From the human T2T-CHM13v2.0 reference genome, Homo sapiens, in NCBI RefSeq assembly GCF_009914755.1, contig NC_060939.1: a DNA stretch of 64,000 nt; one strand, given 5' to 3'. Positions within the stretch are counted from its first letter, which is position 1. Each line of letters begins with the position of its first letter. The notes under the pieces were generated by a model. It saw only the letters and a list, made by a program, of their open reading frames with translations, had not been told where the DNA came from and ran no database searches. A program made the translations under genes and the position numbers. Below are positions 32,917 to 46,514 of the stretch, one piece after another.

Positions 32917-34271
32917 TAAGCTCCCTGAGGGCAGGAAAACTTATCCCAAGTTATGTCTCCAGGGTTAAAATACCATCATTAGCATAGCTAACATTTATTG
33001 AGCACGTACTATGTGCCAGACACTCTTCTAAGCATTCTTTTTCATGCATTAACCAATGTAATTCTCACGTATAACCTGTAAGCCAGGTACCATCATTATC
33101 TGAGTTTTACTGGAGTAGAAACTGAGACATGGAGAGATTAACTTACCCAGTGTTGCACAGCTGGTAAGTAGGAGAGCCAGCCACTCTGAATCTGGGGCCA
33201 GAACACTTCACCCGTAACTTAACCTCTCAGGCAGAAATCCTTCATGAATTTTTGTTGGCTAGAATTGAATCAGTAAGATTGGAGATTGAGCAATACTGTA
33301 GTGTATCATGGGGAGTGACCCTAGGTGTGCCCTCAAGTTCCATGTTGAGACCTGCTTCAAATGTACCATCCAAAGGTGACAGGAAGAGCCATGTCTGCAG
33401 GGAGAACGTTCTGCAGAACCATGTCTGAGTGAGTGGGAGGGAAGGAGGCAAGGTGCCAGGGGAACTGCTCAGCTCAGGTACCATCCAGTCTTGGGGAGCA
33501 GGGAGCAGTGGTGAGGACTGTGGAGGAAGCCTGGGAGCTGGGCATCCCCCCATCCCTGCTATGAGTCTATGGTGGGACCGCAGTTGTTTGTGAAGGCATG
33601 GGTGAATCTGGAGGACATTAAGTGAAATAAGCCAGACACAGAAACATAAATACTGCATGATCTCACTCACATGTGGAATCTGAAAGAGTCAAACTCCCAG
33701 AAGCAGAGAGTAGAATGGTGGTTCCCAGGGACTGGGAGGTGAGGGAAATGGGAAGATATTGTTCAGAGGATACAAACTTTATACGATTAACAACTTCTAG
33801 GGATCTCATGTACAGATCCACGTGGGTGATAAGAGATGTGCTATTTGGTTTGATTGAGCACTCCTAGGGTCACTCCCCATGATACACTACAGTATTGCTC
33901 AATCTCCAATCTTACTGATTCAATTCTAGCCAACAAAAATTCATGAAGGATTTCTGCCTGAGAGGTTAAGTTACAGGTGAAGTGTTCTGGCTCCAGATTC
34001 AGAGTGCCTGGCTCTCCTACTTACCAACTGTGTATCATTGGGTAAGTTAACCTCTCCATGACTCAGTTTCTGCTTCCGTAAAAACTCAGATAATGATGGT
34101 ACCTGGCTTACAGGTTATATGAGAATTACATTGGTTAATGCATGAAAAAGAGTGCTTAGAAGAGTGTCTGGCACATAGTACGTGCTCAATAAATGTTAGC
34201 TATGCTAATGATGGTATTTTAACCCTGGTGACACAACTTGGGATAAGTTTTCCTGCCCTCAGGGAAACTTA
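32917..34271. repeat. About 415-bp inverted repeat (arms about 32917-33336 and 33854-34271; MIR-containing)
   Basis: Arms are near-exact reverse complements, e.g. gattggagattgagcaatactgtagtgtatcatggggagtgaccctagg versus cctagggtcactccccatgatacactacagtattgctcaatctccaatc. Confidence 0.95.
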
Positions 34272-34340
34272 CACAGTGTATATTTATATCAAATCATAAT
34301 GTTGTATACTTTGAATGTATACACTATTTGTCAATTAAAT
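33590..34340 (+). mobile_element. L1MA 3'-end fragment interrupted by the right arm of the inverted repeat
   Basis: gaaataagccagacacagaaac...tactgcatgatctcactc...ttgatt resumes after 34271 as acacagtgtatatttatatcaaa...tttgtcaattaaa. Confidence 0.75.
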
Positions 34341-34438
34341 TTTTTTTTTTTTTTTTTTTGAGATGGAGTCTCGCTCTTTCGCCCAGGCTGGAGTGCAGTG
34401 GCGCGATCTCGGCTCACTGCAAGCTCCCAGGTTCACGC

Positions 34439-35960
34439 TGAGAGGTGACAGTGTGCTGGCAGTCCTCACAGCCCTCGCTTGCTTGCTCTCGGCGCTTTCT
34501 CTGCCTGGGCTCCCACTTTGGCAGCACTTGAGGAGCCCTTCAGCCCACCGCTGCACTGTGGGAGCCCTTTTCTGGGCTGGCCAAGGCCGGAGCCGGCTCC
34601 CTCAGCTTGCAGGGAGGTGTGGAGGGAGACGCGCGAGCGGGAACCGGGGCTGCGCGTGGCGCTTGCGGGCCAGCTGGAGTTCCGGGTGGGCGTGGGCTTG
34701 GCGGGCCCCGCACTCGGAGCAGCCGGCCGGCCCTGCCGGCCCCGGGCAATGAAGGGCTTAGCGCCCGGGCCAGCGGCTGTGGAGGGTGTACTGGGTCCCC
34801 CAGCAGTGCCAGCCCACCGGTGCTGCGCTCGATTTCTTGCCGGGCCTTAGCTGCCTTCCCGCGGGGCAGGGCTCGGGACCTGCAGCCCGCCATTCCTGAG
34901 CCTCCCACACCCCCCGTGGGCTCCTGTGCGGCCCGAGCCTCCCCGATGAGCACCGCCGCCTGCTCCACGGTGCCCAGTCCCATTGACCACCCAAGGACTG
35001 AGGAGTGCCGGCGCACGGCGCGGGACTGGCAGGCAGCTCCACCTGCAGCCCCGGTGCGGGATCCACTGGGTGAAGCCAGCTGGGCTCCTGAGTCTGGTGG
35101 GGACGTGGAGAATCTTTATGTCTAGCTCAAGGTTTGTAAACACACCAATCAGCACCCTGTGTCTAGCTCAGGGTTTGTGAATGCACCAATGGACACTCTG
35201 TGTCTAGCTACTCTGGTGGGGCCTTGGAGAACCTTTATGTCTAGCTCAGGGATTGTGAATACACCAATCGGCACTCTGTATCTAGCTCAAGGTTTGTAAA
35301 CACACCAATCAGTACCCTGTGTCTAGCTCAGGGTTTGTGAATGCACCAATCGACACTCTGTATCTAGCTTCTCTGGTGGGGCCTTGGAGAACCTTTGTGT
35401 CCACACTCTGTATCTAGTTAATCTAGTGGGGACGTGGAGCACCTCTGCGTCTAGCTCAGGGATTGTAAACGCACCAATCAGCACCCTGTCAAAACAGACC
35501 ACTGGGCTCTACCAATCAGCAGGATGTGGGTGGGGCCAGATAAGAGAATAAAAGCAGGCTGCCAGAGCCAGCAGTGGCAATCCGCTCGGGTCCCCTTCCA
35601 CAAGAAGCTTTGTTCTTTTGCTCTTTGGGTCCACACTGCCTTTATGAGCAGTAACACTCACCGCGAAGGTCTGCAGCTTCACTCCTGAAGCCAGCGAGAT
35701 CACTGAGCCCACCGAGAGGAACGAACAACTCCAGACGCGCCACCTTAAGAGCTGTAACACTCACCGCGAAAGTCTGCAGCTTCACTCCTGAGCCAGCGAG
35801 ACCACGAACCCGCCAGAAAGAAGAAACTCGGAACACATCTGAACGTCAGAAGGAGCAAACTCCGGACACGTCGCCTTTAAGAACTGTAACACTGACCGCG
35901 AGGGTCCGAGGCTTCATTCTTGAAGTCAGTGAGACCAAGAACCCACCAATTCCGGACACA
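34439..35960 (+). mobile_element. Solo LTR12 (LTR12C-like, ERV9/HERV9), 1522 bp
   Basis: TGAGAGGTGACAG...CCGGACACA termini; 4-bp TSD acgc (34435-34438, 35961-35964); CpG-rich U3 and tandem CCAAT-containing enhancer repeats. Confidence 0.95.
35110..35580 (+). promoter_or_regulatory. LTR12 enhancer/promoter: tandem NF-Y CCAAT repeats, GATA site, AATAAAA TATA-like box
   Basis: Repeated caccaatc...tctagctcagg units; agataa near 35538; aataaaa 35547-35553. Confidence 0.8.
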
Positions 35961-38901
35961 ACGCCGTTCTCCTGCCTCAGCCTCCCGCGTAGCTGGGACT
36001 ACAGGTGCCCACCATCGCGCCTGGCTAATTTTTTTTTTTTTTTTTTTGTATTTTTAGTAGAGATGGGGTTTCACCATGTTAGCTAGGATGGTCTGGATCT
36101 CCTGACCTTGTGATCCGCCCACGTTGGCCTCCCAAAGTGTTGGGATTACAGGTGTGAGCCACTGCGCCCGGCCCATTAAATACTTTAAAATAAAAAATGT
36201 CTTAAGAAGGTGGTTCTTAGTTCCCTGAGCACCCACAGGTGCCTCAGCACCCCTGGAAACTCAGTCGCCCGCCACATCCCTCCAGCCCGGACGGACAGTG
36301 CATGGGACTCGTCTCCCCAGCTCTGTCAATGGGTAGTGGTTCTCCGGAGCCCTGTGCTGAAAAAGATTAGAGAAATGTCCAGTCTCTGTGGGAAGAGCAT
36401 TCGAGATGCCCTCTTGTGTCCAGGAGGGGATCGTGGGCCACATGTTAGCTTGTCCTGCCCAGGCCCTCCCTTTCTGATAAACCCAAATTCTTGCAGCTTC
36501 TGCAGGCCTCCCTGGGCAGCCAGGCTGGCATTGGGGTTGTGGGCTTTGTCTGGGGAGCTGAGAAAAACAGGCGGATCCCCCCAGGACTCCACCCTAGAAT
36601 ACTGGCACTATGCGTCCCATGCTCTAACTCACGCATGCAAGTCATGCATGAACACTCTGCCTCCCTCCCACCCAGAAGGAGCTGGAGATGGTGTCTCCTG
36701 TGGCCATCCCTAGCTGCTAAGCAAGTATCCTCCCTTCCTCCATCCCTGCATCGTCTCTGTGCTGTGTTATTGTTGGCTGACATGGACAAGGTTGAACATT
36801 TGCCAAACATCTGCTCACGTCTCCTGAATGTGCTCCCAAACAGACGGGCAGGAAGCAGCACCACCCTTGAAATGCACTGCCAGGGCCTGTGAGCTGCCAC
36901 ACCAGGACACTGCCTGGCTTGCTTGGGGCTGGCGGGATCCCCTGAGCTGAGATCTGGTCTCCCTTTGGGAAGGGTGGGAGAATGGTGAGAGAAGCATCTT
37001 GGTTTTACATCCTTCCTTCCCTCCAAGTAGGGATAATGCTATGGGTTAGAGACATTCAACAGAGGCCTGCCGCAGGTGGCTGGAGATGGAAAGAGGAGGA
37101 GGTTAGGGTCCCCCTGGGAGACAGAGGGGAGGGAGTGGCCTCTACTTCTGGGATAGAGATGGGAAGCAGACAAGGATGTGAGTGCAAACAGCTCATTTGA
37201 GAGGTGATATGAGACAGGAAAGAGAGGCAAGTCAATAAAAGGTGCTTTTTACCAAGCAGGTAGCACTGGGGGCAGCTGGAACTCCATACCACTACAGAAC
37301 CTGAGAGGCAGGATGTGCCTCAGCAAAACCCCACCTGAGGGGTGAGCACGTGGGGAGATTTGCTTCTCATCTCACATCTGTCTTTGATTGAGGACTGCTC
37401 TGGGGACGGGAACTCCTTGGCTTTTTTGTCCTGCTGCAGGGAGTGGGCTGAGAGAAAGCCCTAAGGGGAAGCCCCAGGTACTTGCAGTAGGAAGCCACAG
37501 AGGAAATTTGGGCAGGACAGGACAGTTCCTGTTACAAGTGGCAAACAAAAGTCGAAGATAAAGGGTAGATGGGGGCATGGACCCGTTGCTTATTTCTCTC
37601 CTCCTCTCTTCCTGTGTCTTCTTTTTCTATTACTCTTAATGGTTACTTGCTCACCTCTTCTCTCTCCTCCCCTGCCCGTCTCTTCCCTGCCACTTCTCCT
37701 ATCTCCCTTTCTGTTATCTCTCTTTCCCTATGTACCTGCCTCTCCTCCTTTCTGTTTTCCTTATGTATCCCAGACATGGAACAAGCAAGTAATGGATTGA
37801 TAAAGTGCCTTCATTCCTACCGCCCAAGCAGGGGCCCTTTAGTCTAGTCCCAGGGAGACGCTTCCTCCTGTCCCCAGGATGAACGCTGCTCCACTGGTCC
37901 CTTAGCTGGTAAAGTGATCTTGGACCACTTTATGTTGCCAAACACAGGCTCAGTTTAGGCAATTACAATGTTGTTTTTCCGTGTCATAATGAAATTCTGA
38001 ACTTAATGTGAAGTTGAATCTTTCCTCCTCCTCCAGCTCGGCTCACTGCTGTCAGGAGGCCCCTGGTAGATTTGCTTCTCCACCTCGCCAACTGCAGTTT
38101 CCGACCCTTTTGGGGTTGAAGTTTGAGGGCAGGAAAATAAATGAGATCATCAGGAAAGTTCTTTCTCGACACCAGTTCTGAGAGATCTAGCTTCTGGGTT
38201 CTCTGGTCTTGGCAGATGGCCAAGGTCACTGTCTATCTTGAGTGTTTTGAGACTTCCTTGGGGATCTCCCACTCTGTGGGGTCTTTCCTAGGGTTTCTAT
38301 GGAAGGCAGATTGGTCTCTCATCCAACTCATTGCTTGCTCTCAGCCTCCGGGCATCCCCCATACTTTTGGGTTCCTGCTGTTGAGGTCTGTCTTCTCTTT
38401 CAAGGATACCACTTAGATGGGGCTGAGGATGATCCCACATTCTCTCTCTCTCTCTCTCTCCTTCTTGTAGCCCACATCTGGCCCACAGGAACAGCCACGG
38501 ACTCTTCCAGCTCCAACAAATTCTGGGTGCATAGATCCAGCCCCATGAAGCCACTCTTTCTTCTTGCCACCAAAGCAGCAACTCAATATTTCCTCATTTC
38601 TCTCTCTTTTTAGCCTTTCCAGGTGGGAGTCAGCACCAGTACTGGGTTTCCTTCAAATGGCAGAAGGTGCTAATCAATATCCCTGGGTGACCTCCTTGAA
38701 GCTCTCTTCTGTTAACTTCAGGTAGAGGGGGACATATTCTCATCCCTCTTTAGGGATGACGAAAGGACAGAGAACACCACCAGTTTTCTCCAAAAAACCC
38801 TTTTCTCATCTCTAACTCTTATAAATCTCTATGAATAGAAAATGTAGGAGAAAAAAACTCACAATAAAAAATAATAATACGACCATAAAAAAATAATATG
38901 A

Positions 38902-39377
<476 letters not shown>

Positions 39378-39495
39378 CTAAAAAAGAAAAAAATAATAAT
39401 ACAAATAAAAACCAACACAGTATAACAACTGTTTATATAGCATTTACATTGTATTGGGTACTATAAGTAATCTAGATGTGATTTAAAATATATAG

Positions 39496-40005
<510 letters not shown>

Positions 40006-40769
40006 TTCACACTACAATTTAAATGTGCAAAACAAAGGACTCCTATTCTCTACAGCTATATGATTTTCTTAACAAATCTCTACCACCTGGCAAAGGTGTG
40101 ATGGGGAGGAGATGAATTAGATTTAAATAAACCATAAAATCTTATTCTGATGCAATAATTCAAACAGTCCCTTTAGGTAAAATTTTTGATCTCTTAGGTT
40201 TGTCCCCACCATCCTTCCCTAACCCAAGATGGTATGTAGTGCATGTGGAGGGCTTACAAACTGTGCATGACAGCAGGGGAAAAGGCGGGTTCTTGAGTCC
40301 ATGAGTTGTCCTGGAGGGTCCTTGCTGAGCTCTGCCATGAGGCACCTGGACTGCTCTGGGCTGGTGACTGCTGAAGGCTGACCAGCTCCCTCTGCTGATA
40401 CTGGCCATAGTTGTCTGTGGCTGGAGTGATTAGTGATCTGGCCTGGTCAGTACTGTATAGTCCTTCTTGGTTGACCAAACCTCCCCTCAGTTCTCGATGG
40501 CACTGTGGCTGCCCTACTGCCTTCAGGTACAGGCCACTTTCTCCCTACAGCAGGGACCTCCTCTAGTAAACTCTCCTGCTGAATCCTCAGCTAACTTCTG
40601 CTTATCTTCTTCCACAAATTGAACTTTTCAATCATGAGCACAGCACACAGGAATGAAAAGCAGCTTGTTTGTGCTCAACTCAAGCCCCATCTCCCTGATC
40701 CTGCCAAATCATGAGTTTACTTTGATGTGGTTTCCCTTTAAGTTCTGCAAGTCATGATTTCCCTATGGT

Positions 40770-41448
40770 TGTATATGAGAGGCGACTCCAGCTTGAATTG
40801 GGCTTTCCTCTGAAGTCAAGTCACCTCTCTGCCTCTCTCCTCCAAAGTCAAGTTGCCTGTCCTCGACATCCAGCTGCTTCTCCCATCTACTGGCTGAGTC
40901 TGGGGCACAGGATGGAGGGTGGGATGGGCTGTAGGTAGTTTTGGAAAAGGCAATATTCAGTTGGTAAAAAGACATTATTCAGAAAGAACCAATTGGGAAA
41001 GAGTGGGCACACAGGGATAGAAGTTCTCATTTTGGGCCATGAGTTTCATGCTTTTCAGCTTGAATATCGAGCTTTGCCAGGGACCCTCCCCTGCTTGCCT
41101 AGAGATTCTCTACTTCCTGTTTCTATCTATATATTAATCCTGATATTTTAGGGAAGTTTAGGAAAATGCCCCCACCTGGATGCTGCTATGGGGCCTGCAC
41201 GGAGTTGGCTCCTGCCTGCGCCAAAGTGGCTGGCTGGTTCTAGCACTCGCTCACCTATGCACTCCCTCCCATGAAGCGTGGGGCGCAGTGGGTCCGAGTA
41301 AATGGAGTTTGATTCTGCTGGCACTGAAGCAGCCTGCACTTGCTTTCCTACATGCTCCCTCCCATGAAGGGTTGAGCATGGCAGGCTGAGTAAACAAGAC
41401 ACCCCTGTCATGGGTCCCATGTAGGGGTCAAGAAAACAGCCTGTGTCA
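40770..41448. mobile_element. LTR1/LTR28/MER52-group LTR, 5' half inverted relative to the 3' half
   Basis: 40770-41128 is the reverse complement of the 5' part of the related LTR at 45083; 41165-41448 matches its 3' part on the + strand. Confidence 0.75.
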
Positions 41449-42090
41449 ATATTATGCCCCTTTTTCCTTCTCTTACCAATCTCCTCTTCTGTCCATTATT
41501 CTTTGAGACCAGAGATGTTAGCTCCAATCTCTACTTCTTCTATGTTATACCATCTCCCCTAGGGTAGCATCTTAGGCCGTTGTCTCCCTCCAAGGCCGAA
41601 GGTATTTGCTTTCTATTATGGAATGAATCATGAAGTTTAGCAACCAGGCCTGCCTCCTAATAAGCCAAAGAGGAATGGGGGTAAGAAAACCAATTGGTTT
41701 TCTTTCTTGCAATAAATCTAGCTTATAGAACTACTGCATGGCTGGAGATCCAGAAAATCCTATGCAGATGCCAGAAGCTGAATGACTCGTGTTGCCTTCC
41801 TACTCTACTGGTCTGTACTTGCTTGCCTCTTCTCCCATCTCCAGGCAGGTGTATGCCTCACACTGCCTAGGAAAAGAATGGAAACAGAAATGCAAAAAGA
41901 AAAGCATATTCCTATATTATAAAATAATATACAATATCTAAATGCTGTAATTACACAAATAGGAATGTGAGAGAACAGAAGAGGGAGAGACTCAGGGATG
42001 CTTCGTAATTGGGAAGACTTCATAGAGTGAGGGCCATTCCAGTAGAGAGAGGGGCCTATATACTAGTGTGTAACTTTTTTACTTCTTTAG

Positions 42091-42379
<289 letters not shown>

Positions 42380-43951
42380 TAATGTGTAATCTTGAAAGAC
42401 CCATTCAGAGGACTAGACGTCAGAAGAAAAAGTCAGTTAACTGTTAGGAACCATACCCTCCAAGCAACTGAATTACCTATTGACTTTAATATTTGCAAAT
42501 TTTTCTGATTAAAAAATAATAAATGCTCACTGGATTAAGTAAATGCTCACTATATACTTATACTGGATATAAGTACCTGTACTGTTAATTTTTCATGTGT
42601 CTCCTTAACATACATTTTATATGCCATAAAGAGCCATCAAACTCATATCAGACTTCCTATGAGAAAACACGTTACTTGTATAAACCCCTGAATATTGGGA
42701 TTAATTTGTGATGATAATATTTCCTGACTTGTTCTAATTAATTTAGAAATTGGTAGTAGAAATGGAATGCTGCGTTGACAGATTGGCTAGGCAACAGCAG
42801 TGAGGAAAAAAACTAAAATATGTGCATTGACAGATTGGTTAGGCAGCAGCAGTGAGGAAACAGAATCAGACTGAAAACCCTGCAGCCCCTGCTGTACAGT
42901 GGTAAAATATTTGTAAGACTAGCCTGCGATAACTTGGAAGGCTTATTCACTTCCTAATGAACTTGTAGCTCTAGGGGAAGGGGTTGAAAATAGAATGTTG
43001 GTAGCATGTCCTGATTATTACTGTGCTTAACAAAATTTACAAGGAAGAGATAAGCACAGAAAATAATTGACTAGTTTCTAGGAGTAATAAAAGAAAATAA
43101 AGGCCAGAAATTAAAGTTGAAAAGCTAACTGCCTTTAGATGATAAATGCTAAGTAATGGAATTTAGAAAGATTTTAAATGGCCAAAGGCAAATATCAAAT
43201 TAAGGGTGTGCTTTCCAGTTGGAATTAAGGCAAATTCAAATGAAGGGTGTGTTCCATACCTATTGTTAAAATTTCCCTCTGGCTACAATGTATCAGAGCA
43301 AATATTAGATTAAAGCTGTGGCCTTGACACCTATGGCTCCAAGTTGCCTCAAGGTAGCCACCAACACATTGAGCGAAAGAAGCTGGGGTGCCCAGACTGA
43401 AGAAATAAGGCAGATCTGGAAAACAAGCCTTCTAAGAACAATGGGTGTGGTTCTTGGAAGAGGAACTGACTGCTAAACTTAGAGACTCATACACCAGTAC
43501 ACCAACAAAACAAAGCAACCTCCCCTCGCATGATTCTGGCCTTAAAAGCCCTGTGATTATTTGGGACCTATAACCACTCTTGAGACTCCAAGAGGCAAAC
43601 AGGCTGGGAAAGCTATGCAGCCCCCCAGGAGGACACATTTTCTGAAACCTACTTCAGATGAGGCCAAGGAGGCAAGGGAAAAGGAAGAAACTTCTGAAAT
43701 ATGTCCTTGGAGGACAATAAAAAAGGGAGTGTCCTCCAGAGAGCAGCGTAAAGGGTAAAGGACTAACTAGGGAACATCTCCCACCCTCGAGGTCAGAGGT
43801 CCTCACAATGGCTGTCCAGTAGGATTGCAGAATTTCTATGGTTCTATGACTGCTGGAGTCTCCCATTTTTCTCCTCTTTGAATGAGAGTCCTTATGGCTA
43901 TTGTCTTGTCTCTGTTCCACCACTGAATACTGGTACGTAGAAGGAAGGTAA

Positions 43952-44357
<406 letters not shown>

Positions 44358-45082
44358 ACCCTTCTGGCTGTTTTTGTAAATAAAGTTAGATTTATTTACA
44401 AAAGCCAAGCTCATCATTTGCATACTGTCTGTGACTGCTTTTTGTGCTACAATGGCGAGTTGAGGAGTTGCAACTGAGATGTTATAGCCTGCAAGCCTTA
44501 CATACTTACACTTTGGCCCTTTGAGGAAATATTTGGTGACCCCTGTTCTAGGATGATAGTCCCCTCGACCATGAGGAGCCACATCTGACTCAATGCAGAG
44601 ACCACCGTGCATCTTCTGGAGATTCTAATCTTTTGAGCTGGGTGCCTGGACGGGATGGGACTTTGTGTTGTCTCTCATGGAGTAACAGTGAGTGTTTGTT
44701 TGTTTTGTGGAGAAAGGAGGGAGAAGAGGGACATTTGGTGACCAGAATGTGGCTGAGATAATGAATACTCACTAAATATCCATATGCTCTTCCTAGCTGC
44801 TTTGTAGTTGGGTGTGGTCAGAAAATAAGTTCTAGGCAATAGATCATGAGTAAAAATGTCATATATCCACTCCTGGCCTGAGGCGTTGAAAAACTCTTGT
44901 ATAATTCTTTGTGCTTTCTCATCCTCCAATGTGGAGCTCTGAAAACACTGTGTTAAGATGATGGAGACACAAGGTGGAGACAGCCTGGATCCCTGAGTCA
45001 CTTTGGAAGGTCTGACTGATAACAATAAACATCACAGCTAAGTCATAATTTAAATAAAATTGAGTTTATACTTATATATTAT

Positions 45083-45965
45083 TGATAGTGACAGGAGGCA
45101 GAGAAATTCTAGGCAGACAGGGGCAGATCCCTGGCGAAGCCCCACTCTCAAGTCAAAAAGCCTGAGACTGAGGCCCAAAGTGAGAACTTCTATCCCTGTT
45201 TTCCTGCTCAAATGTTGCCTTTTCCTAAATTACCCATCGCCCCACCCCATCCCATCCTGTGCCTATAAAGACCCCAGACTCAGCTGGCAGAGGGTAGAAG
45301 CCACTGGACGTTGGGGACTATGGCTGGACATCAGACAGAAGTGACTAGACTTCAGAGAGCTTGATGGCATAACTTCAGAGAAGAATCCAGCTAGAGATGG
45401 CTGGACTCCAGGGGGAGATTACTTACTTGTCCCATCCCCTTTTCAGCTCCCCTTCCCACTGAGAGCCACTTTCACTGGGGACAATAAAATCCCCTGTATT
45501 TACCATCCTTCAATTCATTCATGCAACCTCATTTTTCCTGAACAATAGATAAGAGCTCAAGAGCCATGAGTGCAAATACAAAGGGCCCACTGAGCTGTTA
45601 ATACTTAAGCCATCTATGGATGGCAGAGCTAAAAGAGCTCTGGGGCTTCAGGGGTTGCAGGCATCACCCACCCCAGATGCTGCTTCAGGGCCTGCACAAA
45701 GTTTGTTCCTGCCTGCATAGAAAAGCACTTGCCCTGCTCCCACACCTGCCCACCTGCGTGCTCCCTCTCATGATGGGTAGAACACAGTGGGTCCCAGCGA
45801 GTGCCGATGCAGGAGTGGCCAGCTGGTTCCAGCACTCATATACCCTAGTTCCCACCTTGTTTGCTCACGTGCTCCCTCCCACGAGGAGTTGAGAGTGGTG
45901 GGCTGAGTAAACAAGTCCCTCCTACTGTGAGTCCCACTAAGAGGTCAGGGAAATATCCTGTTTTG
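45083..45965 (+). mobile_element. LTR1/LTR28/MER52-group solo LTR
   Basis: Starts tgatagtgacaggaggcagag; TATA-like cctataaa and AATAAA inside; TSD ttat on both sides. Confidence 0.8.
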
Positions 45966-46193
45966 TTATCTATATTTAATAATGCAATTATATTTATGTT
46001 ATTAATAGTTTCCCATACTATGTAAAATAGTCTTTGGAAACATGATTTGTAATAACTTTATGTTATTCCATTGGATTATTTCATTGATGATGCTCCATGC
46101 TTGGAAAGGTATCCTGAGAAAGACAAGTTCATTCACTGCCTGTAGGAAAACAATTTAGTGCAATTTTTCTGAAGTGCATAATAAGAGATGTCA

Positions 46194-46514
<321 letters not shown>

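Larger units (their letters stand above)
34340..36173 (-). mobile_element. AluY-like element split by LTR12 (pieces 34340-34438 and 35961-36173)
   Basis: The Alu sequence ...gttcacgc continues as acgccgttctcctgcctcag after the LTR. Confidence 0.9.

Noticed and set aside
34363-35180. Cluster of 100-170 aa ORFs on both strands
   Set aside because: They lie inside the GC-rich U3 of LTR12 and the Alu; stop-poor composition, not genes.
35110-35480. Regularly spaced repeats resembling a CRISPR-like array
   Set aside because: These are the known LTR12 U3 tandem enhancer repeats; no unique spacers, and the context is eukaryotic.
36210-37026. 167-aa and 193-aa ORFs
   Set aside because: Overlapping on opposite strands in GC-rich sequence, no recognisable domain or exon structure.
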